IMG/VR virus record: IMGVR_UViG_3300037510_000159
Location: 1 to 60,688 of that record
Origin: a virus
Taxonomy: Duplodnaviria > Caudoviricetes
DNA: 60,688 bases
Direction: 5' to 3' (one strand)
Numbering within the stretch: position 1 is the first letter of the stretch; every line of letters begins with the position of its first letter. The notes below the pieces were generated by a model. That model had not been told where the DNA came from and made no database searches. It worked only from the letters and a program-made list of their open reading frames with translations. The position numbers were made by a program, and so were the translations under genes. Of this stretch, positions 45,223 to 54,274 are shown piece by piece.

Positions 45223-45527
45223 CGGTCGGGCTCCCGCGCCGTGAGGCGAGCCTCGACCCCAACGCCGCCAGAAACCGCATCCACAAAATCGGCGGCAACA
45301 CGCATCGCGCGATCGAGTGAAAATTCGTCGAACACCCGATCGACTTCGCTATATCCAATATCACTATCGGGATAGTTGAGTGTAGCCGTTGCCATTGCCG
45401 CGAATTTGGACGCATAAAACATTAGTCTTACACACGGGCGACCGTCATCTGTACTGTCTTTGAATACAAGAAACTGTCCCATGTCGGCGGTTTCAAATAT
45501 CTTTGAAAATGATTTGATTTCGCTCAT
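45213..45527 (-). CDS. Hypothetical protein (lower GC)
   Basis: GGAGG RBS; MSEIKSFSKIF. Confidence 0.55.
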   Translation of the reverse strand: MSEIKSFSKIFETADMGQFLVFKDSTDDGRPCVRLMFYASKFAAMATATLNYPDSDIGYSEVDRVFDEFSLDRAMRVAADFVDAVSGGVGVEARLTAREPDRCG

Positions 45528-45841
45528 GCGGCCGCCTCCGCAACCTTGGCTTCCCAGTATTTGCAGCTCGAGCTCGAGGCGTAGATGGTGGGCAGCCCGC
45601 GCCACCAATTCCGGTCGACGCCACGGTCCATCAGGCTGACGCCCCGCCCGCGGTGCTCGATCCACCTGGCGCACCGGCCGCGTCGTTCGTCACTGGCCGG
45701 CAGGAACGCGGCGCAGCTCGCGCATGTCGTGTCCGCCGGGCCTGTCCCCGCGAAGTGGTACATCGCCGGGAACTGGCGCGGGCCGAGGCTCAGCTTGACG
45801 ATGTACTCCGCCCGGGGAGCGTAGAGGGGCGCGGCGTTCAT
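45524..45841 (-). CDS. Cys-containing hypothetical protein
   Basis: FAGTGP..TCASC...C...CKYW. Confidence 0.6.
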   Translation of the reverse strand: MNAAPLYAPRAEYIVKLSLGPRQFPAMYHFAGTGPADTTCASCAAFLPASDERRGRCARWIEHRGRGVSLMDRGVDRNWWRGLPTIYASSSSCKYWEAKVAEAAA

Positions 45842-47226
45842 AACGACGCGCGCGCCGCCAAACGCGGCTCGAGCGCTGCCATCAGATGCTTTGCGATACG
45901 CACGCCGATCGGCTCGAACCGGATTTCGAGCTGCGGATCGCTCTCTTCCCGCCCCACCTCGAAGAGGATGACGCCGATGATCATTATCGCCAGGGCCACG
46001 ATCCTGTCGTCCTTGTGATGCACCAGTTGCGCCAGTTTCGGATTGTCCGGCGACAGGTTCACGCGAGCCGGCCGCCCCGGCTCGAACCAGCCCAGGCCGT
46101 TCTCGTCGTTGCGCCCCTCAAACGTGATCAACAGCCTGTCGTTTTGCGGGCGTCGGGTGCGGGCTGGGCCGCCAGGGTCCGACTTGGCGGCATCGACTTC
46201 GCCGGAGGGCGAGCGTCGACCCTTTTTGCCGGACGGCTCCTCTTTCCCCTTCTGCTTGTGGGGCCGCGCCGCGGCGATGCTGTCCGGCAGCAACTCGTTG
46301 ACCAACTCCCCGATCGCCATCACCCGCGTCTCCATCGAGACGTTGCCGCACTTCTGCAGGATGGGCTGCAAGGCCGCCGCGACCGCTTCCTCCAGCTCGT
46401 CGCGCTGGCTTTCGTCGGTGATGCCTTCCTTGTAGGCGCTGAGCGCCCACCTGTAGCCGCCGAGCTGGACACGGGCGAACAGGTTGGACAGGCCCGTAAA
46501 CCCGCCGCACCCAAAGGTGGAGAGCGGCATGACGATGCGGTGCCCGTACCCGATGTTGACCCGGTTCAGCTTCGAGGGCTGCGCCAGGAGCCCGCCGCGC
46601 AGCGTGGCGCTGCGACCCTCGCCGAACTGAAAGCTGTGCTCGACCACCTCATTCATCGGCGGATCGGCCAAGACCGGCACCGGGATGCCATTGACCGTGA
46701 TCGTCCTGCCCTCGGCCAGCGCTGGGTAGAAGCGCTGCGCGAGGTCGTCGATCAGCCGCTCCAGCGTGTACCGCACGAGCGGCCGCAGCCCGGTCAGCGT
46801 GATGACCGTCCCGGTTGGCGTCCCGACGACAAAGGGCAGCCTGACCGGCTCCTCGATCGTCCACCCGTCGCGCAGCACCTCGCGCCAATCCACCTGCGCC
46901 GTGAAGCAGCCATCGGCGGATATCGAGCGGACGGTCATTTCGTTGGCGACATTGACCGCCTGCGCCGTGATGCCGACGCCGAACCGGCCCAGCTTGGTGC
47001 TGGTGAGCTGCGCGTGATCGCCCAGCGTGAACAGTGCCGGGAAATTCTTCAGCGCAACGCCGATCCCGTCATCGACAAAGCCGATCGCGTCGCGCGATAT
47101 CGTGATCGAGACGCTGCGCGCCCCGGCATCGAACGAATTGTCGACAGCCTCGCTGCACAGCCTGACGACGTCGCCCCGCTCGGCGCGGATCGAAAACAGA
47201 AAGCGCGGCTTGGGACCGATGTTCAT
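45838..47226 (-). CDS. GHKL/MORC-type ATPase
   Basis: EAVDNSFDA, DDGIG, GRFGVG and GT.I motifs. Confidence 0.85.
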   Translation of the reverse strand: MNIGPKPRFLFSIRAERGDVVRLCSEAVDNSFDAGARSVSITISRDAIGFVDDGIGVALKNFPALFTLGDHAQLTSTKLGRFGVGITAQAVNVANEMTVRSISADGCFTAQVDWREVLRDGWTIEEPVRLPFVVGTPTGTVITLTGLRPLVRYTLERLIDDLAQRFYPALAEGRTITVNGIPVPVLADPPMNEVVEHSFQFGEGRSATLRGGLLAQPSKLNRVNIGYGHRIVMPLSTFGCGGFTGLSNLFARVQLGGYRWALSAYKEGITDESQRDELEEAVAAALQPILQKCGNVSMETRVMAIGELVNELLPDSIAAARPHKQKGKEEPSGKKGRRSPSGEVDAAKSDPGGPARTRRPQNDRLLITFEGRNDENGLGWFEPGRPARVNLSPDNPKLAQLVHHKDDRIVALAIMIIGVILFEVGREESDPQLEIRFEPIGVRIAKHLMAALEPRLAARASL

Positions 47227-47792
47227 GCGGCCTGCCTCCGCCCTTCCTCGAGGTCGTCGATCTGCAGGCGCACCAGGGCGAGGTACTCGTTCTGCTCCTC
47301 GGTGCTGAGCTGGCGCATCACCGCCACGATCTGCCGCCGGGTTTCGATCGTGCGCCGCTCGACCAGGGCGCGGCCTGTGAGGATCGGCGGCGGCACCGTC
47401 TCCTCCTTGGGCGGCTTGAGCTGCGCGATGTCCTTGCGCTCCATGCCGGCGTGGATGATCCCGCTGTCGATGCCCTGCTGGAACTCCTCGTCGGTCAGGC
47501 GGGTGAGGGCGTAGAGGGTCACCCATGCGGCCGGGAGTTTCTCATGGGAAACTTCCAAGAGCCGCGGGTCGGCCGCGATCTTCATCAGCTTGCTGACGGT
47601 GCCCCTGCTGAACCCCAGCAGGTTCTTGTCCTGCACCATCCGCCAGAACTCTTTCGTGCCTAGCTCCTCGCGGGCGTTGTTCAGCTCGAGCCCGACGGCG
47701 ATGATGCCGGCCACGTTGTCCTGCCACTTCCCGCGGATCCGCTCGGCCCACTCTTCCGGCGTGCGCGCGTTGAGGATGCGCGGCGCCGTCAT
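47223..47792 (-). CDS. DUF3102-like DNA-binding protein
   Basis: IIAVGLEL..A..L....F..MV....FS..T..KLMKIA...LP.AW.TLY.L. Confidence 0.65.
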   Translation of the reverse strand: MTAPRILNARTPEEWAERIRGKWQDNVAGIIAVGLELNNAREELGTKEFWRMVQDKNLLGFSRGTVSKLMKIAADPRLLEVSHEKLPAAWVTLYALTRLTDEEFQQGIDSGIIHAGMERKDIAQLKPPKEETVPPPILTGRALVERRTIETRRQIVAVMRQLSTEEQNEYLALVRLQIDDLEEGRRQAA

Positions 47793-47932
47793 CGCACGCC
47801 CCCGAAGTCGAGCACGTCGAAGTCGGCCGCCTTACCGATGCGCCCCAGCGCCTCGAGCTCCTGCTGTGCGGCAGCCACAGGGCGAAGCGAGCTTCGCCCG
47901 ATCTGGTCCTTGAGGCGCAGCCGGGCGATCAT
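47789..47932 (-). CDS. Small hypothetical protein, 47 aa
   Basis: ATGA overlaps at both ends. Confidence 0.4.
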   Translation of the reverse strand: MIARLRLKDQIGRSSLRPVAAAQQELEALGRIGKAADFDVLDFGGVR

Positions 47933-48438
47933 ATCGTCCCGCCCTGGTGCCATTGGCGCTTTGCGGCGAGGTAAACTTCATGCGCTTCGTTTGCCGTAGC
48001 GAAATTGCCTAGATAAACCTGTCTGCCGCCGACCTTTATTCGGGCAGTGAATGTCCTAGCCTGGCATACTGGACTAACTCCGAGAAAGCCGCTTGCGTTA
48101 TTTCGTTGCGCGCGTTTTTGGTTTTGCTGATTTTCTATCTTGGTCGCTTCACGAAGGTTAGAGAAACGATTGTTTCTCCGATTGCCGTCTATGTGATCGA
48201 TATCCATAGACGGCCATTCTCCCCGGACGTAAAGGAAGGCGAGCCTATGCGCCAGGTACAGCTTGCCGTTGATCGCAAGCTGTATGTACCCATCCTTCCG
48301 CTTGCCGCCAGCGAGAGTTCCAGCCGCCCTGCCGCCAGCAGAAACCAATCGCCAAAACTCCCCCGTTTCCTCGTTGTATGAGTACAGTCGTTTAAGCTCG
48401 TGAGCTAATAGGCCGTTCGCGCGCGGCTCGGTGGACAT
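47929..48438 (-). CDS. HNH-AP2 homing endonuclease
   Basis: YLAHRLAF....WP..IDHIDGNRRNNRFSNLREAT plus SG.LGV..ARI...YLG.F.T..EA AP2 domain. Confidence 0.9.
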   Translation of the reverse strand: MSTEPRANGLLAHELKRLYSYNEETGEFWRLVSAGGRAAGTLAGGKRKDGYIQLAINGKLYLAHRLAFLYVRGEWPSMDIDHIDGNRRNNRFSNLREATKIENQQNQKRAQRNNASGFLGVSPVCQARTFTARIKVGGRQVYLGNFATANEAHEVYLAAKRQWHQGGTI

Positions 48439-48447
48439 CGGCCGCCC

Positions 48448-48705
48448 CTACTCGAATGCGAAGTGCGGCTTCTCCGGCTTCCGGCGCAACAGGCGCCGCT
48501 CGGCCTCGTCGAGGCCCCGGCGCAGCGCGGCAATGACCTGCCTCGCCTCCTCCTCGCTATACTCGTAGTTGGCGGCCGACAGGTTGCCGAGACTGGCAAG
48601 CCCGGCGAGCACCCGCTGCGTTCGCTTCGCGGCCAGGCGGCGAAACTTGTCGTTGCGGTTTTCCCCAAGAGGCGGCTCCGGCCGTATACGCACGGGATCA
48701 GACAT
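48448..48705 (-). CDS. Conserved small protein
   Basis: KFRRLA.KRT..VL..L..LGNLS..NYEYS; GGGAGG RBS. Confidence 0.7.
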   Translation of the reverse strand: MSDPVRIRPEPPLGENRNDKFRRLAAKRTQRVLAGLASLGNLSAANYEYSEEEARQVIAALRRGLDEAERRLLRRKPEKPHFAFE

Positions 48706-48888
48706 TGCGGGCCTCCCCAGCTCAGCGACTCGCGCTATGCGCGCGGCGGTTATTGCGGATAATCCATGATGGCGAAAAAACGCCGCGGCCCTCGACGGAA
48801 ACTGAGGATGTTGCGTTACTCGACATATCGGCGGCACACTGATGGCGTGGCGCGACAGTCGGTTGGATGCCATGCCCATGAGCCAACG

Positions 48889-49137
48889 TCATGACGGCGG
48901 CTCCGTGCAGGGATACGGCGCCAGCTTCGGAGGTGCATGGGCATGCTCCGGCGGCGACCAGATATCGGGGCGTATATGATCCAGGGGAATCCCAAGGAGC
49001 CCGCTGATGCGGAGGGCTGCATAAATCGGGACACGGCGGCGCCGCCAGCCGCAGACCGTGCTGTGGCTGACGCCGACCAGTCTGGCGAGCTTGACAGTAC
49101 CACCGGCGCGGAAGACGAGATCTTCGACGCTAAGCAT
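48889..49137 (-). CDS. Cro/YdaS-like HTH regulator
   Basis: AGG..KLARLVGVSHSTV.GW..VP...I....GIP...IRPDIW; divergent from repressor. Confidence 0.8.
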   Translation of the reverse strand: MLSVEDLVFRAGGTVKLARLVGVSHSTVCGWRRRRVPIYAALRISGLLGIPLDHIRPDIWSPPEHAHAPPKLAPYPCTEPPS

Positions 49138-49161
49138 GGGTTAAGTGTCGAAGATCTCGAC
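49114..49161. promoter_or_regulatory. Two 15-bp operator-like palindromes (GTCGA-N5-TCGAC)
   Basis: GACGAGATCTTCGAC 49114-49128 and GTCGAAGATCTCGAC 49147-49161 at the cro/cI junction; related GTCGATAATGTCAAC at 50261-50275. Confidence 0.55.
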
Positions 49162-49236
49162 GCCACAGGTCAAGCGGGAAGCGACGCGGCATCGGAAAAA
49201 GATCCGCCGCCCTTGCCGGCCGACGCCACGCTTGGC

Positions 49237-49719
49237 ATGCGGCTCAGGTGGCTGCGCCAGTGCCGCGGGCAATACGTCGCCGAGACGGCGGGAGATCTGG
49301 GGCTCAGCCGGACGACCGTGTCGACATGGGAGCGCGACGGCTCGGAGCCGAACGTCGAGTGGCTGGTCACTCTGGCGCGGTATTATGGTGTGTCGGTCGA
49401 TTGGCTGACGTCCGGCGAAGGCGTGCCGGCCCTGCCGCCGCAGACGCCCGACGAGGCCGAGATGCTGTCGCTGTTCCGTCGCGTCAGGCGGCGCAACGCC
49501 CGGCAGGAGCTACTCTCGCGGGGCAAGGATCTGGCGCACACGATCGAGGCGCGCGGCGATTGGGTCACCCGTCCCTGGACGATCCTGCAGGCGGGCAGTA
49601 AAGGTAAGCGCAGAGAAACTGCCGCAGCCAACAGGTCTTCAGATCCAAACGGAGACTTATCCGCTCCCGCCGGACCTGCAGCGCCGCTCCGGAAACGCGG
49701 TCGGCCTCGCCGCAATTAA
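49237..49719 (+). CDS. CI-like XRE repressor (start uncertain)
   Basis: RLRWLR...A.DLGLSRTTVSTWERD.SEP....L..LA.YYGVSVDWL.SGEG. Confidence 0.75.
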   Translation: MRLRWLRQCRGQYVAETAGDLGLSRTTVSTWERDGSEPNVEWLVTLARYYGVSVDWLTSGEGVPALPPQTPDEAEMLSLFRRVRRRNARQELLSRGKDLAHTIEARGDWVTRPWTILQAGSKGKRRETAAANRSSDPNGDLSAPAGPAAPLRKRGRPRRN

Positions 49720-49834
49720 ATGTATCCTAAATACACAACTGGCGAGAAATAAATTAATTTATCATAAATACGACATAGAAACTTCCGTGTGCCGGCTGCT
49801 TGTGTAAAATTACCTCTCGAGGTCCGACGCATGG

Positions 49835-50176
49835 GTGAGAGTTGCTGTGATGCCGCCAAGCCACGATGCCTTCCGTGCGGAGGCGCTCTTGCTTCAAACC
49901 CCCGCTTCGGCAGAAGACCCTCCTCCGGCAGACCTGCACTTTTTGATCTGCCGGAAAGCGTGCAGCCCCGGCGATCTGGCGGATTATGCCCACGAGCTCG
50001 ATCCGGCCGTGCTGTGGAAAATCGAAGACAATCTCGCCGAGCGTCTGCGCCGGACACCGCAAACCGAGCGGCACGGTGCTACCTACCTCCGCATGCGTGT
50101 CCTGAAGCATGTCATCTCGGCCCGCCTCACATTCGAGGTGCTGGGCGTGCCCCAGGACGAGGACGCCGTCCTGTAA
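49835..50176 (+). CDS. Hypothetical protein
   Basis: 113 aa ORF with coding-like composition. Confidence 0.5.
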   Translation: MRVAVMPPSHDAFRAEALLLQTPASAEDPPPADLHFLICRKACSPGDLADYAHELDPAVLWKIEDNLAERLRRTPQTERHGATYLRMRVLKHVISARLTFEVLGVPQDEDAVL

Positions 50177-50313
50177 TTCAAAGCCGCGCCGGCCCGGATC
50201 AATACAGTTTTAATAAAATAGATTGCGACGGAGTTATCGTCGTTTTTCTTGATGAAAAGCGTCGATAATGTCAACATGCTCTCCGGCGCCACACCGGCGC
50301 CAGGAGAGATGCG

Positions 50314-50622
50314 ATGTCCCAACCCCAAACGAAATTGCCACTGGACAGGATCCTGGCCGGCGGGTCGATCGAAGGTTACGACCTGCTGCCCGCTTTCGGC
50401 CACGCCATCTGCAAGGCCGAGGAATGGGTCGGAAACGACTTCACACTCGAATGCACCATGCACGGCTGGGCTGTGCGCTACCGCACCGGCACCAGCTATC
50501 GGCACACGCTGCTCGACCACGGCCGCCTGTACTTCCGTTGCCCCGAGGACGCCATCGCCGCGCTCGCCGCGCTGGCCGACACAAACCGCGCCAAGGCCGC
50601 CGCCGAGGAGCTCGCGCTATGA
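50314..50622 (+). CDS. Hypothetical early protein
   Basis: AGGAG RBS. Confidence 0.65.
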   Translation: MSQPQTKLPLDRILAGGSIEGYDLLPAFGHAICKAEEWVGNDFTLECTMHGWAVRYRTGTSYRHTLLDHGRLYFRCPEDAIAALAALADTNRAKAAAEELAL

Positions 50623-50792
50623 GGCGGCCTTGGACAGAGGCAGACGACGACGTGCTCGAGGAGCTGCTCACCGAGCACGATTACCTGTCCTGCAAGCTCG
50701 GCAAGCTCGAGCGGCGGATCCACACGCTCAGGGAGCTGCGCGGCAATCCCGAGCTGCGGGAGCTCGACTCCGATTACTGGGCAGGGAGGTAG
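50619..50792 (+). CDS. Small hypothetical protein
   Basis: ATGA overlap; MRRPWTEADDD. Confidence 0.55.
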   Translation: MRRPWTEADDDVLEELLTEHDYLSCKLGKLERRIHTLRELRGNPELRELDSDYWAGR

Positions 50793-50798
50793 AGCGCC

Positions 50799-51746
50799 AT
50801 GAGCGCCATAACCATCACCAGCACGGAGCAATGGCTCGCCCTGCGCCAGCAGCACATCTGCGGATCTGAAATAGCGCCCATGCTCGGCGAGAGCGAGCGC
50901 ATGACCCCCTTCGAGCTCTTCTTATTGAAGAGCGGGATGCTCGAGGCGCCTGACTACTCCGACAACGAGTACGTCTTCTGGGGCCAATGCCTGGAGCCCG
51001 CAATCGCGCGCGGCGTCGAGCTCAAAACCGGGTGGAAAGTCGAGAAGGCCAATGTCTTCTATTCCGACCTTCCCGATTGCCCGCTTGGCGGCACGCCGGA
51101 TTACTTCATCGAGGATCCGGAGCGCGGCCTCGGCGTGCTCGAGATCAAAAATGTTGAGAGCTTTATGTGGAAACGCTGGGGCAACGAAATGCCCCTATCG
51201 TTCCAGCTCCAGCCGCAGATTTACTGCGGCCTGTCAGGCTGCTCATGGGCGCTGACAGCGGCGCTGATTGGTGGAAACCGCCTCGAGCTCGTCATGCACG
51301 AGGCCCGGCCGCGCACGATGGAAATCGTTCGCGAGCGCGTGTCGGCCTTCTGGCAGGCGATCGTCGACAACAAGCCCCCTGCCGCCGACTACACCCGCGA
51401 CGCCGACGCCATCGCGCGGCTCCACCGCTCGGTCGAGGCCGGCAAGGTGATCGACATGAGCGAGTCAAACCGCCTGCCGGAGCTGTGCGCCGAGTACCAG
51501 CGTGCAGCGGCCGCCAAGGGCGTCGAGGACAAGGCCCGCAAGGCCGCCCAGGCCGAGATCCTGACCATCATCGGAGACGCCGAGACCGTCATCTGCGGCG
51601 ACCTCACGATCAAGGCCGCAGAGGTCAGAGGCGTGCCGGACAGGATCATCAGCCAGGCCGATGTCGGCACAATCATCAAGGGCCGCTCGGGTTATCGCGG
51701 GCTTCACGTGAGCAAACGCAAGACAAAGGAACAGGTAGCAGCATGA
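50799..51746 (+). CDS. YqaJ/lambda-exonuclease family recombination nuclease
   Basis: WLALR...I.GSE...G..LEP...GGTPD...LEIK...Q.Q.Y. Confidence 0.9.
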   Translation: MSAITITSTEQWLALRQQHICGSEIAPMLGESERMTPFELFLLKSGMLEAPDYSDNEYVFWGQCLEPAIARGVELKTGWKVEKANVFYSDLPDCPLGGTPDYFIEDPERGLGVLEIKNVESFMWKRWGNEMPLSFQLQPQIYCGLSGCSWALTAALIGGNRLELVMHEARPRTMEIVRERVSAFWQAIVDNKPPAADYTRDADAIARLHRSVEAGKVIDMSESNRLPELCAEYQRAAAAKGVEDKARKAAQAEILTIIGDAETVICGDLTIKAAEVRGVPDRIISQADVGTIIKGRSGYRGLHVSKRKTKEQVAA

Positions 51747-52993
51747 GCGACGTCGCCGTAATCGAAAACCCGTTCGGCATGACCCGGGCTCAGCCGCAGG
51801 CCGGCGCCCTGGTGTCCGTCGAGCAGCAGCGCGCCATCGCCGAGGTCCAGGCGCGGATGATAATCGCCCGCGCAAACCCGCGCGACCCGATGCACTGCAT
51901 GGACCTGATCCTGCGCGATTGCACCCGCCCCGCCCTGGCCGAGGCCGCCCTCTACCAGTTTGCCAGAGGCGGCTCCTCGATCAGCGGACCCTCGATCCGC
52001 CTGATGGAGGCCGTCGCACAGCGCTGGGGTAATATCGCCAGCGGCATCAAGGAGATCAGCCGACACAACGGCTCCAGCGAGTGCGTTGCCTACGCCTGGG
52101 ATTTGGAGTCGGGCTATTACGATGAGAAGCAGTTTCAGGTCCGGCACTGGCGCGACACGCGCGGCGGCGGCCAGATGCTCAAGGACGAGCGGGATATTTA
52201 TGAGTTAATCGCGAATATGGGCCAGCGCCGCAAACGCGCATGCCTGCAGGCCGTGATCCCCGGCGAGGTCGTCGAGGCGGCCGCAGCTCAGTGCGAGCAG
52301 ACCTTGAAGGCCAGCGCGGACACCTCGCCCGAGGCCATGAAGAAGCTGTTCGATGCGTTTAAACAGTTTGGCGTTTCGCGCGAGCAGATCGAGGCCCGCT
52401 GCCAATGCCGGGCCGAGGCCATCCGCCCGGCGCAGATCGTCCAGCTCCGCAAAATCTACGCGAGCCTCAAGGACGAGATGAGCTCGCCCGCCGATTGGTT
52501 TCAGCCGGCCCCAACGCCGGCCAAGGCCAACGGCGGCGGAAACGGCGGCGCCACTGGGCTCGACCGCTTCGAGCAGATCCACAGCCAAGCCGCGGAGCCC
52601 AGGTCGGAGCAGGGCTCCGACCGACCCCATGACCCGGAGACGGGCGAGATCATCGAACAGGCGCCTCCCAACGCGCCTGCCCTCGCCGGCAACCCCCCTG
52701 CCGCAGCGCCAGGAACGGCCCGAAGCGCTGCGACGGTGCCGGCGAGGGAACCCAAACCGCGCGCCAGGGACGAAGCCTGGTGGAATGCCGAGCGTGTCAC
52801 GGTCGCCGGCAAGACCGGCACGGAGTTCCAGGCAGGGATGCACGAGCGCACCCGCGAAGCCCGCAACTGGGCGGAGATCGAGCGCCTCAGAGACGACAAC
52901 GGCGATCGGATCGATACCCTCGACAAGGCCACGAAGGAGGCCGTGCTGAGCGAGCTTGCAAACCGGGAGAAAGAGCTGCGCGCCAGCGCCTGA
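51743..52993 (+). CDS. Putative ssDNA-annealing recombinase
   Basis: RAIAEVQA....A..NPRD..Y...RGG..I.GPSIRL.E...WGN..AWDLE; adjacent to YqaJ. Confidence 0.75.
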   Translation: MSDVAVIENPFGMTRAQPQAGALVSVEQQRAIAEVQARMIIARANPRDPMHCMDLILRDCTRPALAEAALYQFARGGSSISGPSIRLMEAVAQRWGNIASGIKEISRHNGSSECVAYAWDLESGYYDEKQFQVRHWRDTRGGGQMLKDERDIYELIANMGQRRKRACLQAVIPGEVVEAAAAQCEQTLKASADTSPEAMKKLFDAFKQFGVSREQIEARCQCRAEAIRPAQIVQLRKIYASLKDEMSSPADWFQPAPTPAKANGGGNGGATGLDRFEQIHSQAAEPRSEQGSDRPHDPETGEIIEQAPPNAPALAGNPPAAAPGTARSAATVPAREPKPRARDEAWWNAERVTVAGKTGTEFQAGMHERTREARNWAEIERLRDDNGDRIDTLDKATKEAVLSELANREKELRASA

Positions 52994-53064
52994 TATAATC
53001 GGCAGCGAGGCAGCGTGTCAGCGCCGCCTCACCGCCTGACCAAGCCAGCGCAGGAGCCGCTAGG

Positions 53065-53850
53065 ATGGCTGACCCCACTGTACCGACCGACGATGCCGCC
53101 GAGAAGCGGCGTGCGGCCAAGCGCGAATACGATCGGCTATACTATATAAAAAACCGAGAACGTATTCTTATTGCCAATAAACAATACAGCAAAAACAACC
53201 CTGAGAAAAATCGGATACGTAGTAGAAGATACAGAGACAAAAATAAAGACCTGATACGCGCTCGCGTTCGCTCTCACTATCAAGCAAACCGCGAGGATAT
53301 CCTAAACCAGAAAAAATTAGAAAGGGCAAAAGACCCCGAAAAGTTTCGTGCTCAAACTCGTCGCTACCAAAACGAGAACCGCGAAAAATTCCGCGCGATC
53401 GTGCGCGGGTCCATGCGCCGATGGCGTGCCCGTGACGGCAACTATGATAAGGAGCTTGCCGATTTTCGGCGTCGATACGCCGAGAACCCAGAGAAATATC
53501 GAGCTTACGTAGACGCGTGGCAGCAGGCAAACCCAGGCCGGAAGCGGGCACACGGGATAAATCGCCTACATAGAATAGAACAACGAACGCCCGCCTGGGT
53601 TGATTGGGACGAAATAAACACAGTTTATGCAAAGTGCCCCACTGATATGCACGTCGATCATATCGTGCCGATCGTCGGGCGTACCATCGAGGGATATAAG
53701 GTCAGTGGGCTGCATGTGCCCTGGAACCTGCAGTACTTAACGCCTGACGAAAACATGAAGAAGCACAACCGAATGCGAGCAGAAGACCACGCCCTTGCCG
53801 GCGAACCTGTTTTTGCCGTTCGGCGGCAGCTAAGTCTCTTTGATGATTGA
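53065..53850 (+). CDS. HNH endonuclease (paralog of 1064-1687)
   Basis: HVDHIVP...SGLHVPWNLQYLTPDENMKKHN; lower GC; own TATAAT at 52994. Confidence 0.9.
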   Translation: MADPTVPTDDAAEKRRAAKREYDRLYYIKNRERILIANKQYSKNNPEKNRIRSRRYRDKNKDLIRARVRSHYQANREDILNQKKLERAKDPEKFRAQTRRYQNENREKFRAIVRGSMRRWRARDGNYDKELADFRRRYAENPEKYRAYVDAWQQANPGRKRAHGINRLHRIEQRTPAWVDWDEINTVYAKCPTDMHVDHIVPIVGRTIEGYKVSGLHVPWNLQYLTPDENMKKHNRMRAEDHALAGEPVFAVRRQLSLFDD

Positions 53851-53910
53851 CAAAAAGTGCGATTGTCGCACGTGAAAACCTACGGTTGATTTCCGTAGAT
53901 CCCAGACACT

Positions 53911-53950
53911 AAAAAGCGCCCCCGCCGGCCAGGCAGGGGCGCTCTCTTTT
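53911..53950. terminator. Bidirectional terminator between convergent arms
   Basis: AAAAAGCGCCCC...GGGGCGCTCTCTTTT. Confidence 0.65.
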
Positions 53951-53956
53951 GGGACG

Positions 53957-54274
53957 CTATTTCGCGGGCGGCGCTGGGAGCCTCGCTCCTACGGCACTGC
54001 CGATCGCGCTGCCGGCGATCCCGGCCAGGGCCGCGATGGCGGCCGTCCGGTCAATCTGCGATGCCATGCCGAGCACGCCTATGAGGGGCACCGACAGCAG
54101 CAACACGATAAGCCGGGCGATCGTTTGGCCCACCAGGGCGGCCTGCAGGGCGCGCGAGGCCAGCTCGGGATCGCGCCTGCCTGCCAGCGCCACCATGCCA
54201 GCCACGAGCAGAAACAGGGTCACGAGGACAAACGACGCCGGCCAGGCGAATGCGGCCAGCGTGCCCTCGCTCAG
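53957..54274 (-). CDS. Multi-TM membrane protein (holin-like); start uncertain
   Basis: Three hydrophobic segments; last gene of late arm. Confidence 0.5.
   Translation of the reverse strand: MSEGTLAAFAWPASFVLVTLFLLVAGMVALAGRRDPELASRALQAALVGQTIARLIVLLLSVPLIGVLGMASQIDRTAAIAALAGIAGSAIGSAVGARLPAPPAK

Noticed and set aside
48937-49236. N-terminal 100 aa of the 260-aa repressor ORF
   Set aside because: Overlaps the cro-like gene on the opposite strand; the HTH begins near 49237.
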